DNA from: Strigamia acuminata
Taxonomy: Eukaryota
Direction of reading: 5' to 3'
Length of the DNA stretch: 64,000 nt
NCBI GenBank assembly: GCA_949358305.1
Contig: OX442314.1
Coordinates: forward strand, 23,498,001 to 23,562,000
Shown here: positions 14,399-27,100 of the stretch, piece by piece
Position numbering within the stretch: position 1 is the first letter of the stretch
How the letters are laid out: every line of letters begins with the position of its first letter
Made by a program: the position numbers and the translations under genes
The notes under the pieces: model-generated
What the model was told of the DNA's origin: nothing
Database searches by the model: none
What the model saw: only the letters and a program-made list of their open reading frames with translations

Positions 14399-14578
14399 CA
14401 GTCGAAACTCTTTATAACGAATCGCAAGAGACCCGAAATTCGACTCGTTATAACGAGAATTCGTTATATCGAAATTTAACATGGTGTTCTACGGCCAGCC
14501 AACCAAACCAGACATGTTTAGGTATTCGTTATATCGATAATTCGTTATATCGCGATTCGTTATAAAGAGTTTCGACTG
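14399..14578. mobile_element. pogo/Tigger-like MITE, copy 2 (complete, 180 bp)
   Basis: Perfect 27-bp TIRs CAGTCGAAACTCTTTATAACGAATCGC / GCGATTCGTTATAAAGAGTTTCGACTG, TA TSD. Confidence 0.9.
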
Positions 14579-16794
14579 TATATATATATAGCCAATTTTA
14601 TGTCATGTTCTAGACAAATTCCAACCATTATCTCACCACAAAAAAGTATCGCCTTGAAAAATCACCGAGTGTTGGGAAATTTCATTCCCAATTATTCTGC
14701 TCTCTTTGCTTTTACTCGCATCTGGGGATCGCAGTCAACAAGGCGTGACGTTATTTCATCTTGCATACCATCAACACCAACAATAGCTGAGTAACCATCG
14801 TTCCCTTGAGCATTCATCCACACCATTTACTTTTTGTGTGACAAACGATCAATTACATACCATTTTCTTCACAATTTTCCCACATTTCAATTAGGGTCTG
14901 CATCAAAGACTCGTGTATGCGGAAGAACAAAAAAAAAGAACAAGATTCGTTTTCTCTATATTTAAAAACAAGAATCCATCGAAATGAAGGTCTAATAACT
15001 TATTATTAAAATTCAATCAACATGTGTTTGCAATCAAAAATCGATTTTCATGAATATTCATTAAAAAAAAAAATCAGTATTATAAATAATATGCAGAATA
15101 TAAAAAAAAATTGAGGTGTGCATAAAGTATTCATTAAATAGGGTGACAATTCTCTATGCTTTTTTTACACCTTGATTGCATATTCGCGTGCTCCAACACC
15201 ATAACATTGTTAATTACACAGTGCAAATACATCGATTCCTAGAGGCTAACTACTTAATTGTTTTGCTTAAGCAAAATAACTATTTGAAAAGAAAATTACA
15301 AAACAAATTGAGTAAAAACCAAAATATTTCTGTAATATTGTTAAATTATTCAAAAAAAAATCTCACCAGAAGACAAAAAATAAATAAATAAATGTATTTG
15401 CATAGTAATAGCAATTGTGTAATTGGTATTTTATAACAATTTTATATTTAAAAAAAATTATTTTCAAGATTTTCAAAAAAAAAAAAAACAAAGAGAAAAA
15501 AACAAAGGAAAAAAAACATGCACTGGGCATTGCTTTCCTTGTCCCTTTTCTAGTATCGCGCAGTCATCTTAACTATAAAACAATGATACAATTAACTTAT
15601 CAAGACCACCACGAGGCGTGGTCAGCTTGACCAATGCAGGGACACACAACAAATCGAGCGCAAGGCCAATAATTCACAGACAAAAAAATTAAGATAAAAA
15701 TCAAAACAAAAACTTTAAAATATAAAAAAAAAATAATAATAATAAAGAAAAAACACTTACTTGTAATCACACGGCATAAAAAAACCAAATCGTCCCAAAA
15801 AAGAAAAACTGCAGCATTAGTTACGCATCAAATGTTATTGTCATCGTTTTAATGAGAAAATATGGAACTTTTTAGACCTAAAAAACAAACAATAAAAAAC
15901 TCAGTCTACAATCTACAAACTACAAAAACAAATTTTTAAAATTCATTTAATCGTTCAAAAACTATAAAGAAAACATCAGCTGACTCAGCCAGTTTAATGC
16001 CTATCATCACCATTAGGAGCTGCCATGACAGGTGACACAAAACTACCTCCTTGTAAACTATAAATTGCGATTAAGTGGCCTAGCGAATAATATCTATGTT
16101 GACAAGTTATGCTAAATAGCAACAATAAAAATAGGGATAAGTGCTGTCAACCCCGTGACTACGACATTTCCCGAGAAAATGGATCGATAATTCATAAAAA
16201 TTCAAAATCAAGCTAATAAAATAGAGAAAAATTATAATTATATATTAAATAAGCAAATAAACATTTCACACATTGAATAAGACGTCTCTTTCTGACGCAC
16301 CATCTGCTGAACGAAAACGGTCGGGATTGTGTAAAACCCGAGTTGAGTTCCACAATTTTTGTGGCTCCCTCTTTTGGTATCTATTCGCAACAATTAAAAA
16401 ACAAAAAGCAAAAAAGTTTGTATTTGGGAGTATCGCAATGAGGTTAAGTTGACTGATCGATTGTAACTGATCGTGGATCATTCTTATCGACAGTTAAATA
16501 TGACTAAAACAAGTCTTGGACCCATGAGGTCACGACCCCTTAGCAAGGCTGAATGCCCTGAGGAATATTAGGCAATGCAAGAATTGCAAGATGCATCTGT
16601 GGGCAGGCACGTCTCCAGAAAATTTTGAAAGGAATAACTGAAATTTTTTTTTACAAATTTTGTCCGCAATAAAACAAGTTAACCTAAATTTTAGAGAAAG
16701 TTATCGTAATAAGCCTAAAAAGAGGTGTTTTGTCGTTTCCCCCCCCCCCCCGAAAAAAATTGCTTAATTTTAATGTTCGGTAAACATTCGGTAA

Positions 16795-17064
16795 AGGACC
16801 GTCCATAAATTACGTAACGCACCAAGGGAGGGGGGGGGGGGGGGGTTCAAATTTTGTTACGTTTCATGTAAAAAAAAATTTAATTTTAAATAATCAAAAT
16901 ATAATAATTTTTTATATGATTTTTGAAAAATTTGAGGGGAGAGATTTCAGTTTTCTTACGTAATTAGGGAGTGGGGGTTCGAGAATTTGTTACAAGTTAC
17001 AACCATGTTACAGAGGGGGTCTAAAAATCCTAAATTTTGCGTTACGCAATTTACGGACGATCCC
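16795..17064. mobile_element. PIF/Harbinger-type MITE
   Basis: TIR (A)GGACCGTCCATAAATTACGTAACGC / GCGTTACGCAATTTACGGACGATCCC, flanked by TAA on both sides. Confidence 0.75.
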
Positions 17065-17066
17065 TA

Positions 17067-17155
17067 AGTGCATTCAATTTCAAAAAGAAAAGTAAAATCC
17101 TTTCTTTTCTTCCTTTTCAAACAAGGAAGAAAATGCACTTTTGAATTAACGCACT
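17067..17155. mobile_element. Very short Harbinger-like MITE (relative at about 27170-27241)
   Basis: AGTGCATTCAATT ... AATTAACGCACT inverted ends; similar AGGTGCGTTCAA ... TTGAATGCACAT at 27170-27241. Confidence 0.45.
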
Positions 17156-18859
17156 TAAGCGATGAAAACGTTCGATTTTATGTACACAAATTTTTCATTT
17201 GCCAACGAAAAGCCTTAAATCATCAATGTTTTATTGAACAATAACTTATACTTTTCGTATAATTTGACGAACGTTTTTAATGCGCGGCTACGTTCAAATT
17301 GGGCAAACAATTTCAAATATAATTCTACACAATACTCAACATACCAATTACGAGCTATGAAAATCTTTCGATTCCAAAGTGATGACCATTGCATCTAATC
17401 AAAAAACCCAAAATGGAATATTCCTATTTTTTTCTCTCTCTCTTTTTACCTCATAAACTTTCTCAAACTCACTTTTCATGGCTAAGAGATGAACTTTAAT
17501 TTCAACTAATAACATGGTATGACTCTTTAAAATAAATAAATACAAAGGGCAATATACTTCATATACTTCTCTTTTTTATACAGCAGAGGAGGCAGAATTT
17601 TTAATACTTTTAAAACTATTGTAGATATTTAGAATTACATGTTGAATTAACACAACAAGTGGTATATGGCGAATACAATACAGCATGTTTTTTAAAATTG
17701 TAACAATGCTAAACAAAAAAATTTAATTGTGTTTCGTATAGTGCCACGAGTAAAGTAACATGTCAACATAAATTTTTCAAGGCAATATGATATTTACACT
17801 ATATAATCTAAGCCTGACAATAGTGGCCATTTTATATACATGACAGGGAAGCTAACAATATGGTTGCCCGCGGCCCTATTTTACAGTGACCTCGTTAAAG
17901 CGAGACCAACAGCAAGAAGCTAATATATATTTTTTTAGAATTTTAGAATTTTTAAATTTTTAAGAAAAAGAAAAATTAACTTTTAATGCTAAACAAGTAT
18001 GATTAATTTTTTAATTCATTTTTTGTGGATATTACACAAACCGGAAGTACCGGAAGTTGAACCCCACACAGACACACACAAACGTTCAAGTCAAGTTAAA
18101 TAAAAGCCTTTAAAAAGACAAAGTCGCATACTTAAAAAGCAACAACTTCCACACCACTTCAAAATGAATATTTTATCTCGTCTGGTTTTTAAAACTACCA
18201 GAGTAGTAGCAGAACAATGTGGAAGAAGCCAAAGATCAGTGCCGATGCATTCTCCGTGAGAAAAAATTCTACCTATTTCATATGCACTGTCATCGGAAGC
18301 TTAAGTAGGATGATTATGTTAAAATCTTGCTTGTGAGAATTGGTGATGATCCTAACGTTTCCTTAAAAAAAAGTGTGCAAACTGACAAGGCAAGAGTTTG
18401 CCAGAAATGGTGTGGTGAATCTGCATAATGCCATTATTGGGTTGAGAAAAAAAAAACATTCCTTATAAGTTCGCACCAGGTTTCTTGATGACAAATTCAT
18501 ACCGTGCATCTCATTCTGTGCAGATGATTTCCACACGTTTCATTAGCAGTACTAAGCCTAATATTAGACCTAATAATTCCAAAATAAAGTCAATTAACTC
18601 CTAACCAAAAGCATGTTATGGAAATATTGCGCAGAATGTAAAACGCATTTAGAATTTGGCATCAAGATGTCAGGCACGAGTTGTAGTAGAATTAAGAAGT
18701 TACAACTTGGAAAGCATGCAAGAATTATACAGTAATATTAGATTCACTCTATCACACTATACTACCAATGCATCATCACATTGGAATTTTCAATACAAAA
18801 TAATTTTGAAGATATTAGCCTTGGAATCAAAGACTTCTGCCTCTCCCAAATTTTTTATA

Positions 18860-19647
18860 CCGGGTGGCCCAAATAAAACCGGCCCGACAATACAAGGAGG
18901 ATTACTTAAGGTGTCTAAAAAAATTTACACATTGTTCTGTGAAATATATATTAATAATTAGTTGTGGGCAGTATTGTTTGATTGACGTTTCTGGACCAGT
19001 TTTTTCCGCTCTTTCGTTTGGTGTAGAGTTTACGACAATCCGAGTTTTTGTTCTTGAGATATTCGTGATTTTAATCAATTTTTCACCCAATTTGCCAAGT
19101 TTGATTGCACTAGTCATTTTTGAATTTCAGATTTTGTGGTATTTTTTGAATTTATTCAGTGGTACTTTTATGGATTTCTTCAGATCTACCAATTCGAGAT
19201 TGCTGAAAATTTTGCAAGATTATGCTAGATTTTGCTAGATTTTACCTAAAGTAAAGTGGTACGATACCAAAAAAGTGGTACAGGCACAGTACCACTACCA
19301 CGACATGCAGTACTTTTTAATAGAACTGTGTACGTGTACTTGTACGGGTACCGCTGAAAAAACCGAAAAAAGTACCACAAAATCTGAAATTCAGGAATGA
19401 CCAGTGCAATCAAACAGACAATCTTAAGGAATTGTGACAAAATTGATTAAAATCACAAATATCTCGAGAACGAAAGCTTGAATCGTCAAAAACTAAACAC
19501 CAAACGAAAGAGCAGAAAACACTGCGCCAGAAACGTTAATTAAACAACACTGCCCATAACTAATGATTAATGTATATTTAATTGAACAGTGTACAACTTT
19601 TTTGAGACAGTCTGAATTGTCAGGCCGGTTTTATTCGGGCCACCCAG
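18860..19647. mobile_element. Tc1/mariner-type non-autonomous element with ~300-bp TIRs
   Basis: TA|CCGGGTGGCCCAAATAAAACCGGCC ... GGCCGGTTTTATTCGGGCCACCCAG|TA; arms of about 18860-19160 and 19355-19647 are reverse complements. Confidence 0.85.
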
Positions 19648-20099
19648 TATTAGTGAACTCTCTAGACCAGGCATCCATTTCAGACCCATCTAATACTTGT
19701 CATAGCTAAAAGCTCTTGACTGGACACTTTTTGGTGAACTAGTCAAGAGGGAGTTCTGTTTTGAGGAATCTATAATTAAATAAATTTAAAGTAAAAAAAT
19801 CAAATGTAGAACAAAATTCAAAATACACAAGAAGTGCATGCAATTTTAAAGCAGAATATATTTTTCTCAATTAAGCCATCTTCTTTTGTCAGCTCATTAA
19901 TTGTTACAATAGTGAAACCAGAAACCACACTCCAATCAGTAGATCTGACCTTTATAAAACGCAAGTGCAGTAGCCATACCATTAACTATACCAACCAAGA
20001 TTTAAACAAGCGAATTCTTATTGGCTAATGTGTTTCAATTCTGCTATGGTTAGCTATATGTTGATACAATAACAAGTAAACTGGGAATTTGATTTAAAC

Positions 20100-20403
20100 A
20101 AGGGGTGTCCGACCTTTTGGCTTCCCCGAACCACATTGAAAGGAAAAGGAATTGTCTTGGGCCACACAAAAGACATCTACGATAATAAAGAAGAAGAATT
20201 TTACTTTATCAATTCTTGAAATAAGATTATGTTAAAAAAGTTTATACATTTTATAAAAAAAAAAATTGTTGCTATCCAAAGAAAAAAAAACAATAAAATC
20301 AAACAAAAAAAAATCTCTTAATGTTTTAATTATGTATGTTGGTCCGCATTCCTACTCACCCAGGTCTGCATGCAGCCCACGGGTTGCAGGTTGAACATCC
20401 CTG
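20100..20403. mobile_element. hAT-Charlie MITE (MER30-like)
   Basis: Ends AAGGGGTGTCCGACCT / AGGTTGAACATCCCTG with exact 8-bp TSD ATTTAAAC (20092-20099, 20404-20411). Confidence 0.85.
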
Positions 20404-20482
20404 ATTTAAACCGTTTATTCTACGACTAAAACAGACGAACTGGAGAATCAAAGGTATAGAAGGATTAAACAAGATTGTATCT

Positions 20483-20753
20483 GTAATGCATGGAAGCATT
20501 ACATCTTAGACTTCTAAACCCCTTCTACACGTAGAAATACATCTGTCCGTCTAAATTGATGTATTAAAAAAAAAAAAGATAGTCAGAGAAATACGAAAAT
20601 TCCTTAGGCACCTATTGAAGGTATGCTGAGTTCATTGCAGTTGCCCGTTTGGCTCTAGCTGCTTTCGTTTTGGAGGTGTTGATGCAGACAGCCGGACAGA
20701 CAGACAGAACCGTTTTATTAGACTTTCTAAACATAGGGTTTAGAAGTCTGAAA
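20483..20753 (-). mobile_element. Helentron-associated (DINE-1/HINE-like) element, copy 2
   Basis: Reverse-complement homologue of 1586-1895: hairpin GTAATGCATGGAAGCATTAC, subTIRs TAGACTTCTAAACCC / GGGTTTAGAAGTCT, CAGA microsatellite. Confidence 0.7.
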
Positions 20754-22545
20754 AAGGATGTCAAGTCATAAAGTGAAGAAATGGTTATTACGATTACGAT
20801 TACGATTATTGCAAATTCACTTGAAATAATGGAATTCCCAACATTGAATTGATATTTATTAGGATTGCAGGGGGTTTTTATACATAAATTATAGTGTAAC
20901 GATAGGTGGACGTTACATTTTCGAAATACAAGACGCAACCCCCCACATTTGGTTGAATTTTTTAAAGTAAAAAACCGCATCTTATAGTCCGTAAAATACG
21001 ATAAGTCCAGTTCCGAAAGCTAAAGATGCGAATTGCGAACCATAGAGCTCTTAAGTGTGAACTCTCTTAAAAGTGCATCTGAATTTATTTGTATATGTGA
21101 CCACTAGGGTGGCCCCAGCAGCAAAGATAAGTGCTTTTGATTTGGTTGAGAAAAATACTTGTCCAGTAAAATGTCCAACACAACACACAAACAGGAATTA
21201 AATACAAAAAAACCTCTTGATGACGGGCCAAATAAAAAACTGAACTTCAGCCCTCATTAGGGCATAGAGCTATCATGCAGTTAAACAGAACCTGGCATAC
21301 CGAGTGTCTATTCACTAAAACTAGTTCATATCACAGAACAATTGCAGATCCGTCCTAAATGCACAAAGCATTTCTAAGAAGCAGACACTGATTGATAATG
21401 GATATTTCGATTCAAGTTGCGAGCTGATTTATCAAACTCTTAATTAAGATACGAAGTCAGTCCTCATTTATAGGGCGAGTATGAACAGGAATTAAATATC
21501 GAATTAAAATTTAAGGCAGTTAAAATTCACTGCTTTGACAAGCTCGTTTATAACTATCGTTTTATTACACCACTTTTATAGGTAGCTTTGCAACCGTAAT
21601 TTTTTTTTTTTTAAACTTTTTTTCAAACAGTTATTTTTAATTTTTTTTTTATTATCGTAAATCTAGACCAGAATAATTTAACACTTCATTCATTAAGAAA
21701 AGTATTCCCTCAAGGAAATCATCAATCGAACCTATCAAAAAAAATATTTTTTTCTTCTAAAAATTCAAGTTGAAAACATTCAAATTTATGGTAATTATAG
21801 TTTGTAACTAGCAACAAACATATTAACATAAATTAAAGATTTTGTACAAAATCAAATGGCCATGCGACTCAAGGCAGCCATACCTCTTTTCTTTTTCATA
21901 TAGACCAAGATTCCTATCTGTCAAATGGGAGTCGAGACAAGGACGAATCCCATAAAACAAATTTCATTTACAATTAAACGAAATCAAGTAAACGCAAACA
22001 ATTATTCTCAAAATCCGCTTGATACATAACTGGCCTACATACACGCAACAGTTCGTGATCATTATCTTGTTTTACAACTCTAATCAATCTCCATCTATTT
22101 TACAACACAAAAATTACATTATTTTGATCCCACAATTAATTTCCCCAGCAGGAGATGCATAATACCAAACCACATCCAAAGCATGGACAAAAAAAAGTAG
22201 TTTCAGGCTTGAAACTCGCATAAACTAGATGGAGAATGGCCATAGAGGAAGAAAATCAAACATGGCGCATTTTCTGATTTCCTGCTCTTTAGTAGCATTT
22301 GTCACGAAAAGTTGTTTCAAAAACACGCCCACTGAGCATACACACCTTCCCAGATTTAATTCAAGCACTTCCTCTTAGCGCAAGTTACGCTATTTCTTTC
22401 TAAGACATACAGTCTTGGTCATAAAAATCGTCCCAGTCCAGCTTGAGGCTCGCCTGTAGAATGAGCGTTCTTGGCTGTATCCACCAGGTAGTGCAAAAAC
22501 TCACTGATATGTTGTGATAAATTGATGTCGCACAATCATCTAAAC

Positions 22546-22845
22546 CAGGGATCGGCAACCTTTTGAGACGGAAGAGCCAAAAGTTACAATTTACAAAATT
22601 TCCCAGTTTTTAAAGAGCTACTAACATTTGTTTCAATATGCGCTGCAAAAATCAAGCAATCAACCAAAAAAATATAAGTTACTCGCTTGATTAGGCATTG
22701 TACAGTTTGCAGTATATTTTTTTTTGCAGTATAATATTTTTTATGACTTTTGAAAATAAATAAAATAATATAATTATTAATATTTGCGCATGGAACTGGA
22801 GAGCCGCATCTTGACATCGAAAGAGCCGCAGGTTGCCGACCCCTG
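22546..22845. mobile_element. hAT-Charlie MITE
   Basis: TIR CAGGGATCGGCAACCT / AGGTTGCCGACCCCTG with exact 8-bp TSD ATCTAAAC. Confidence 0.9.
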
Positions 22846-22926
22846 ATCTAAACACATGATGTGACATACCGAGTGTGGCTTCCCCATGAGAGCTAGAAAG
22901 TAGACCACACTTGTTATTACTATGTC

Positions 22927-23030
22927 TATTTATTTCTATTTACTTCTATTTATTTATTTATTTATTTATTTATTATTTTATTCTATTTATTTATTTATTT
23001 ATTTATTTATTATTTTATTCTATTTATTTC
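22927..23030. repeat. Imperfect (TATT)n microsatellite
   Basis: Run of TATT/TTTA units visible directly. Confidence 0.85.
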
Positions 23031-23699
23031 CTCATTTTATTAAATTTAAATCAAACTTTTTACCAAAACCAACTTGAATTTTTGAATAAATAAATAAATA
23101 ATAAAAAAAGAATATTTTTTCCACTGAACCTGAACCTGAACCTCAATAACCTCCTCATCAATTCATCCTTATAAAACAAGCACTTCCATAACTCCACCTT
23201 AAACAGGTACTTTGTATGCATCACCAAAGTGAAGATGATTCCTTCCAAGAACTTCAAGCCAACAAAATGACAGAGGCATAACAAATTACAGGGCTTTAGC
23301 ATCTAAGCAAAACTAAAAAAAAAAATTAATTTAAAAAAAAGGAGGAAAAAACTAAATAAAAAAAAAAAACTTTTCATCATTTAAGCAGACGCGGTTCAGG
23401 CGAGAAAGCATAATTCATCCACAAAAATATGGGCGGATTATTTCAACAGGTAAATAAATTTTCAAAGACAGTTTTAGCAACTCCCCTCGTGGCCAGACAT
23501 TTGTACACATGGTAATAAGTTCGAAGGAACATCCCTTAGAAACCGTGCTGCAAGGCAACATCTTGATGCAAGCTCGTGCAAAGAAATTCAGTCAGCTGGC
23601 AGTGAATCACCACAAATAAGTTCTCGTGTCATTTTACAAGCTACTGCCCATGTTGCCCACTTGTTTAACAGCTTGCCGAGTACTTACCAAGTTTGGTAT

Positions 23700-24170
23700 A
23701 ATGGGCAAATTTTTATTTTTATTACCCTTGAATGTCTTTTGCATGATTTTAACCGCATCTCGCTTGTCAAAACCCACTCATAACAATCCTTGAAAAATGT
23801 CTACTCTATCATTACAGCCATTACTTTTCTTTTTAATGTCTAAGTAACAAACGGCAACAAATTCGTGACTTTTAGCAAAACCTGTTGATGCTATAGCGTC
23901 TCTTCTCTTCATTTTTCTGATTTGTGGCAAGTAGGTGTGACCAGTCACGACTCGCAGTTGACCTGCATTTTCAGCAATATTATAAAACGCATTTATTGTT
24001 TCACAAACACGAGATTCCATAACTGCCCACACTGCATTGCAAACTGTCATAAAGTGACCTTACGGATGTCACAGCATTGTTGGATAATTGATAAAGGCCA
24101 TTCGATGACCCCTGCAGCAAGGTTGTATAATGTGGGTGTATCCAAAAATCACTTTGTATCTGAACAATTA
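23700..24170 (-). pseudogene. Possible highly decayed PIF/Harbinger transposase relic
   Basis: TVCNAVWAVM ... FYNIAENAGQL ... FVAVCYLDI...GCNDRVDIF loosely follows the order of Harbinger DDE nuclease motifs (EVCxAIW, WxxIA, FxxVDxG...GxxxDxGIF). Stops are present and the DGxH motif is absent. Confidence 0.35.
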
Positions 24171-27100
24171 GAGATATCTTAATTTCAAATAAATTTTTTT
24201 AAGGTTTTTTATTTTTAATATCCAAGTCCACTCGATAAACGGTTGGGCAAATATCGCTTAGTAATTGCTCCCCTCCAAAGGCACGATCTATAGATTTGAT
24301 TGATAAATTGATACATATAATAATAATTCATCATTTTGTTAATTACAATCACGTTTTCAAGTGCACAATTACGCACAAATGTTTCTTTTTTTTTACAAAA
24401 AAAAATAAATAAAAATTTAAATGCAAAGCTAGATCTGAAGGTGGTTATCGAGGATGAAGGAATTACCGGAAAGTAGTTGACCATCAGATCGAAATTTACT
24501 GGATTAGGGAGTCAAGGAACAATAAGGAATGTTCCGATGTAGTTTTTTTTTTGGACATTTATTCGGCAACTTTTCTACTCGGAATATTGCAACAAAAAAT
24601 AATTGAAATAAATGTTAACCTAAAAAGTCAAAATCATCGACACAACAACTGCAAAGTGGTGATCTTCGCCCTTGGTCTTGAAATTGGCTGTCATTACCTT
24701 TGTAAGATTATGATGTCATAACATGCAGCAGTTCACAGACTAGTTAATTTAGCGCCAAATATGCTCTCAATGATAACAAAAGTAGCAATGCATTAATCTT
24801 CTTCAATTTAATTTGCATCTCAAGCGTATATTTAGCAAATAATGAGTAATCACTAGCTGCATTCAAAAACTAGTGTTATAAAGAGTTGTAGGTGTTTGTA
24901 TTTTTCTGATCAACCACACGATAGTGTCACTAGGACCTATTCATTTTAATGAATGTGACGATTTTGTCACCCCAACCAAAGCACAAGCACACCTGACTAT
25001 AGTAACTGCGTGGAATCGTGAGCCAATATCATTACAACAGGTGTAATAAGGGAAAGACGACCTGCACACATTATTGTGATTCCAAAATCTCGCGTTTTTG
25101 AATATTTATTGTATTCGTACGCGCGACAGCAATTAATATTGTTAAGTGTCTTAATTAATTAAGTAATGATTAGTGATTTAATGTGTATTGTTTAATGTTT
25201 ATTTGTTTATTGCTTAATATGTCATGAAAATCAATGCCATTGTTGTTTACATAAAAGATAAGATGGAGTTGGTGAAAAATTTAATTGTGACATTTCCGCG
25301 TTGGGGTGAATGTAATTTTGTTGGCAGAAGAATATGATTTGGTTTTGGGTGGTATCTGTGCAGGGGTAATGGGAATGTCAATGGTATTTCAATGGTAAAT
25401 GAGAATTTTAGGGTGTTTTGGTGTAGTTTGTTGGGTGTATGACACGTCCACGTAATGCAGAACGTTACGTGGACGTGTCATACACCGTTCACGGTAGTTT
25501 TCGCGCTTATGAATGTTCATTGAAGTCGAGGAACGTCGTGGTTATGAATATACAGTCATTCGTAACCGCAACGTCGCGGGCATAAACAGTGGCAGTATTC
25601 TAAACCGCGAATCTATGAATATCGCGCGCATTATGGATCACCGCGCTGGGATTGGCTGAGACCCATTGATGTCGATTCGTTTCCTCGACGTAAGTTTTCT
25701 CAAATTCGATGTTCTCGAGATTTTAGCTTCTCTTTTTCTTACAAGGGGGGCCCCAGACCTAACCTTATCTGTTTTTAGCAAAGTCGACGAAATGAGGATT
25801 TTCATCAATGTATTTCAATGCATCTCTCAACCAATCACAGCGCGTCATGAAAATAATACGTTCACGTCGAACATGAACGTAGCCACTTCGTTTATAAAAA
25901 GTAGGTCTAGATTCAGAGTACAGCTTTGGAACCCTTCAACCGGCAGTGCTAAAAACTCCCTCTAGACTGGGCAACTCATTCATTATTCAAATGCTCCAAT
26001 TACTTTCTCTTGCTAGAACTACAACAGGAAGTTTAATAGATCCAAGAACGTTGTCACACTAAAAAAGATAAAACGAAATAAGTCATCTCCACATTCTTTG
26101 TGGTTATTTTTTTTTAAATTTTATAACACTCATCTATCTATTACTGCACGATGCTCCTTTAGATACGCGTGAGTCCAATGATGTGCTCAATAAATACACG
26201 GGTGTGGTTTTAATATTTTGAAAATCAATTTTCTACTTTCAGTGGAACCACCTACATTCACTGAATTTTCCCTACACCCACCAGTGGGAGGGAAGATGAA
26301 ATCCTCCCGTATTACACTAATGCCCTCTGCACCGTGGAAAATTTCCTATCCTTTAATTGAAGCATATAGGAACTCCATAAAGCAAAGAAGGAATTTAGGC
26401 GGATTTTAAATGACTAACTATAGTTGTAAATTAAATTTGAAGAAAAAAAAACTACTCAGGAAATAAAAATTCAAATTATTTCCTCATGCCGATCCCTTGT
26501 CTAGGCCATTAATTCAAGTACATATGGATTAGTTTCTTTTTATTTTCGACTTCTAGCCCATACATTACAAACTATTGCAACTTGATGAATGCAAATTAAC
26601 ATTTCAACTTAATGTCACGTTGTCTTACCAGGGTCATATCATTAACATAACTAGGATTAAAGGTCATCTTCATTAGTTTATGGACACAATCAAAGAAGAA
26701 ATCACTTGCAATTCACACATCAAAGTCAACCCTAGTGATAGTGATATACTGGAATAATCTTTTGCTTGAATTAAACTCCTACAGTTCGCGCCCGTTATCT
26801 TGATGCTAAATTCATACTGCATATTCCATTCTGCGCAGATGCTTTTCTAATTCCAGTTGTTATTTAGCACTATTAAGCCTATTATTCTAAAATGAAGTAA
26901 ATAAACAACAATAAACTCATTACTAAAAGTAATTTACAGCGTAGTACCAAAATATTTATAAAAACAAGTCGTAACACAGTTAAGACTTCTCATTTACATA
27001 CATTACATAGAGTGTCTTGACAATTGTGTGATCCAGAAGAGCTTGCTGGACCAAACCTATACCCAGCAATGTTAAATTCCCATCTGAACTACCTCTTAGT

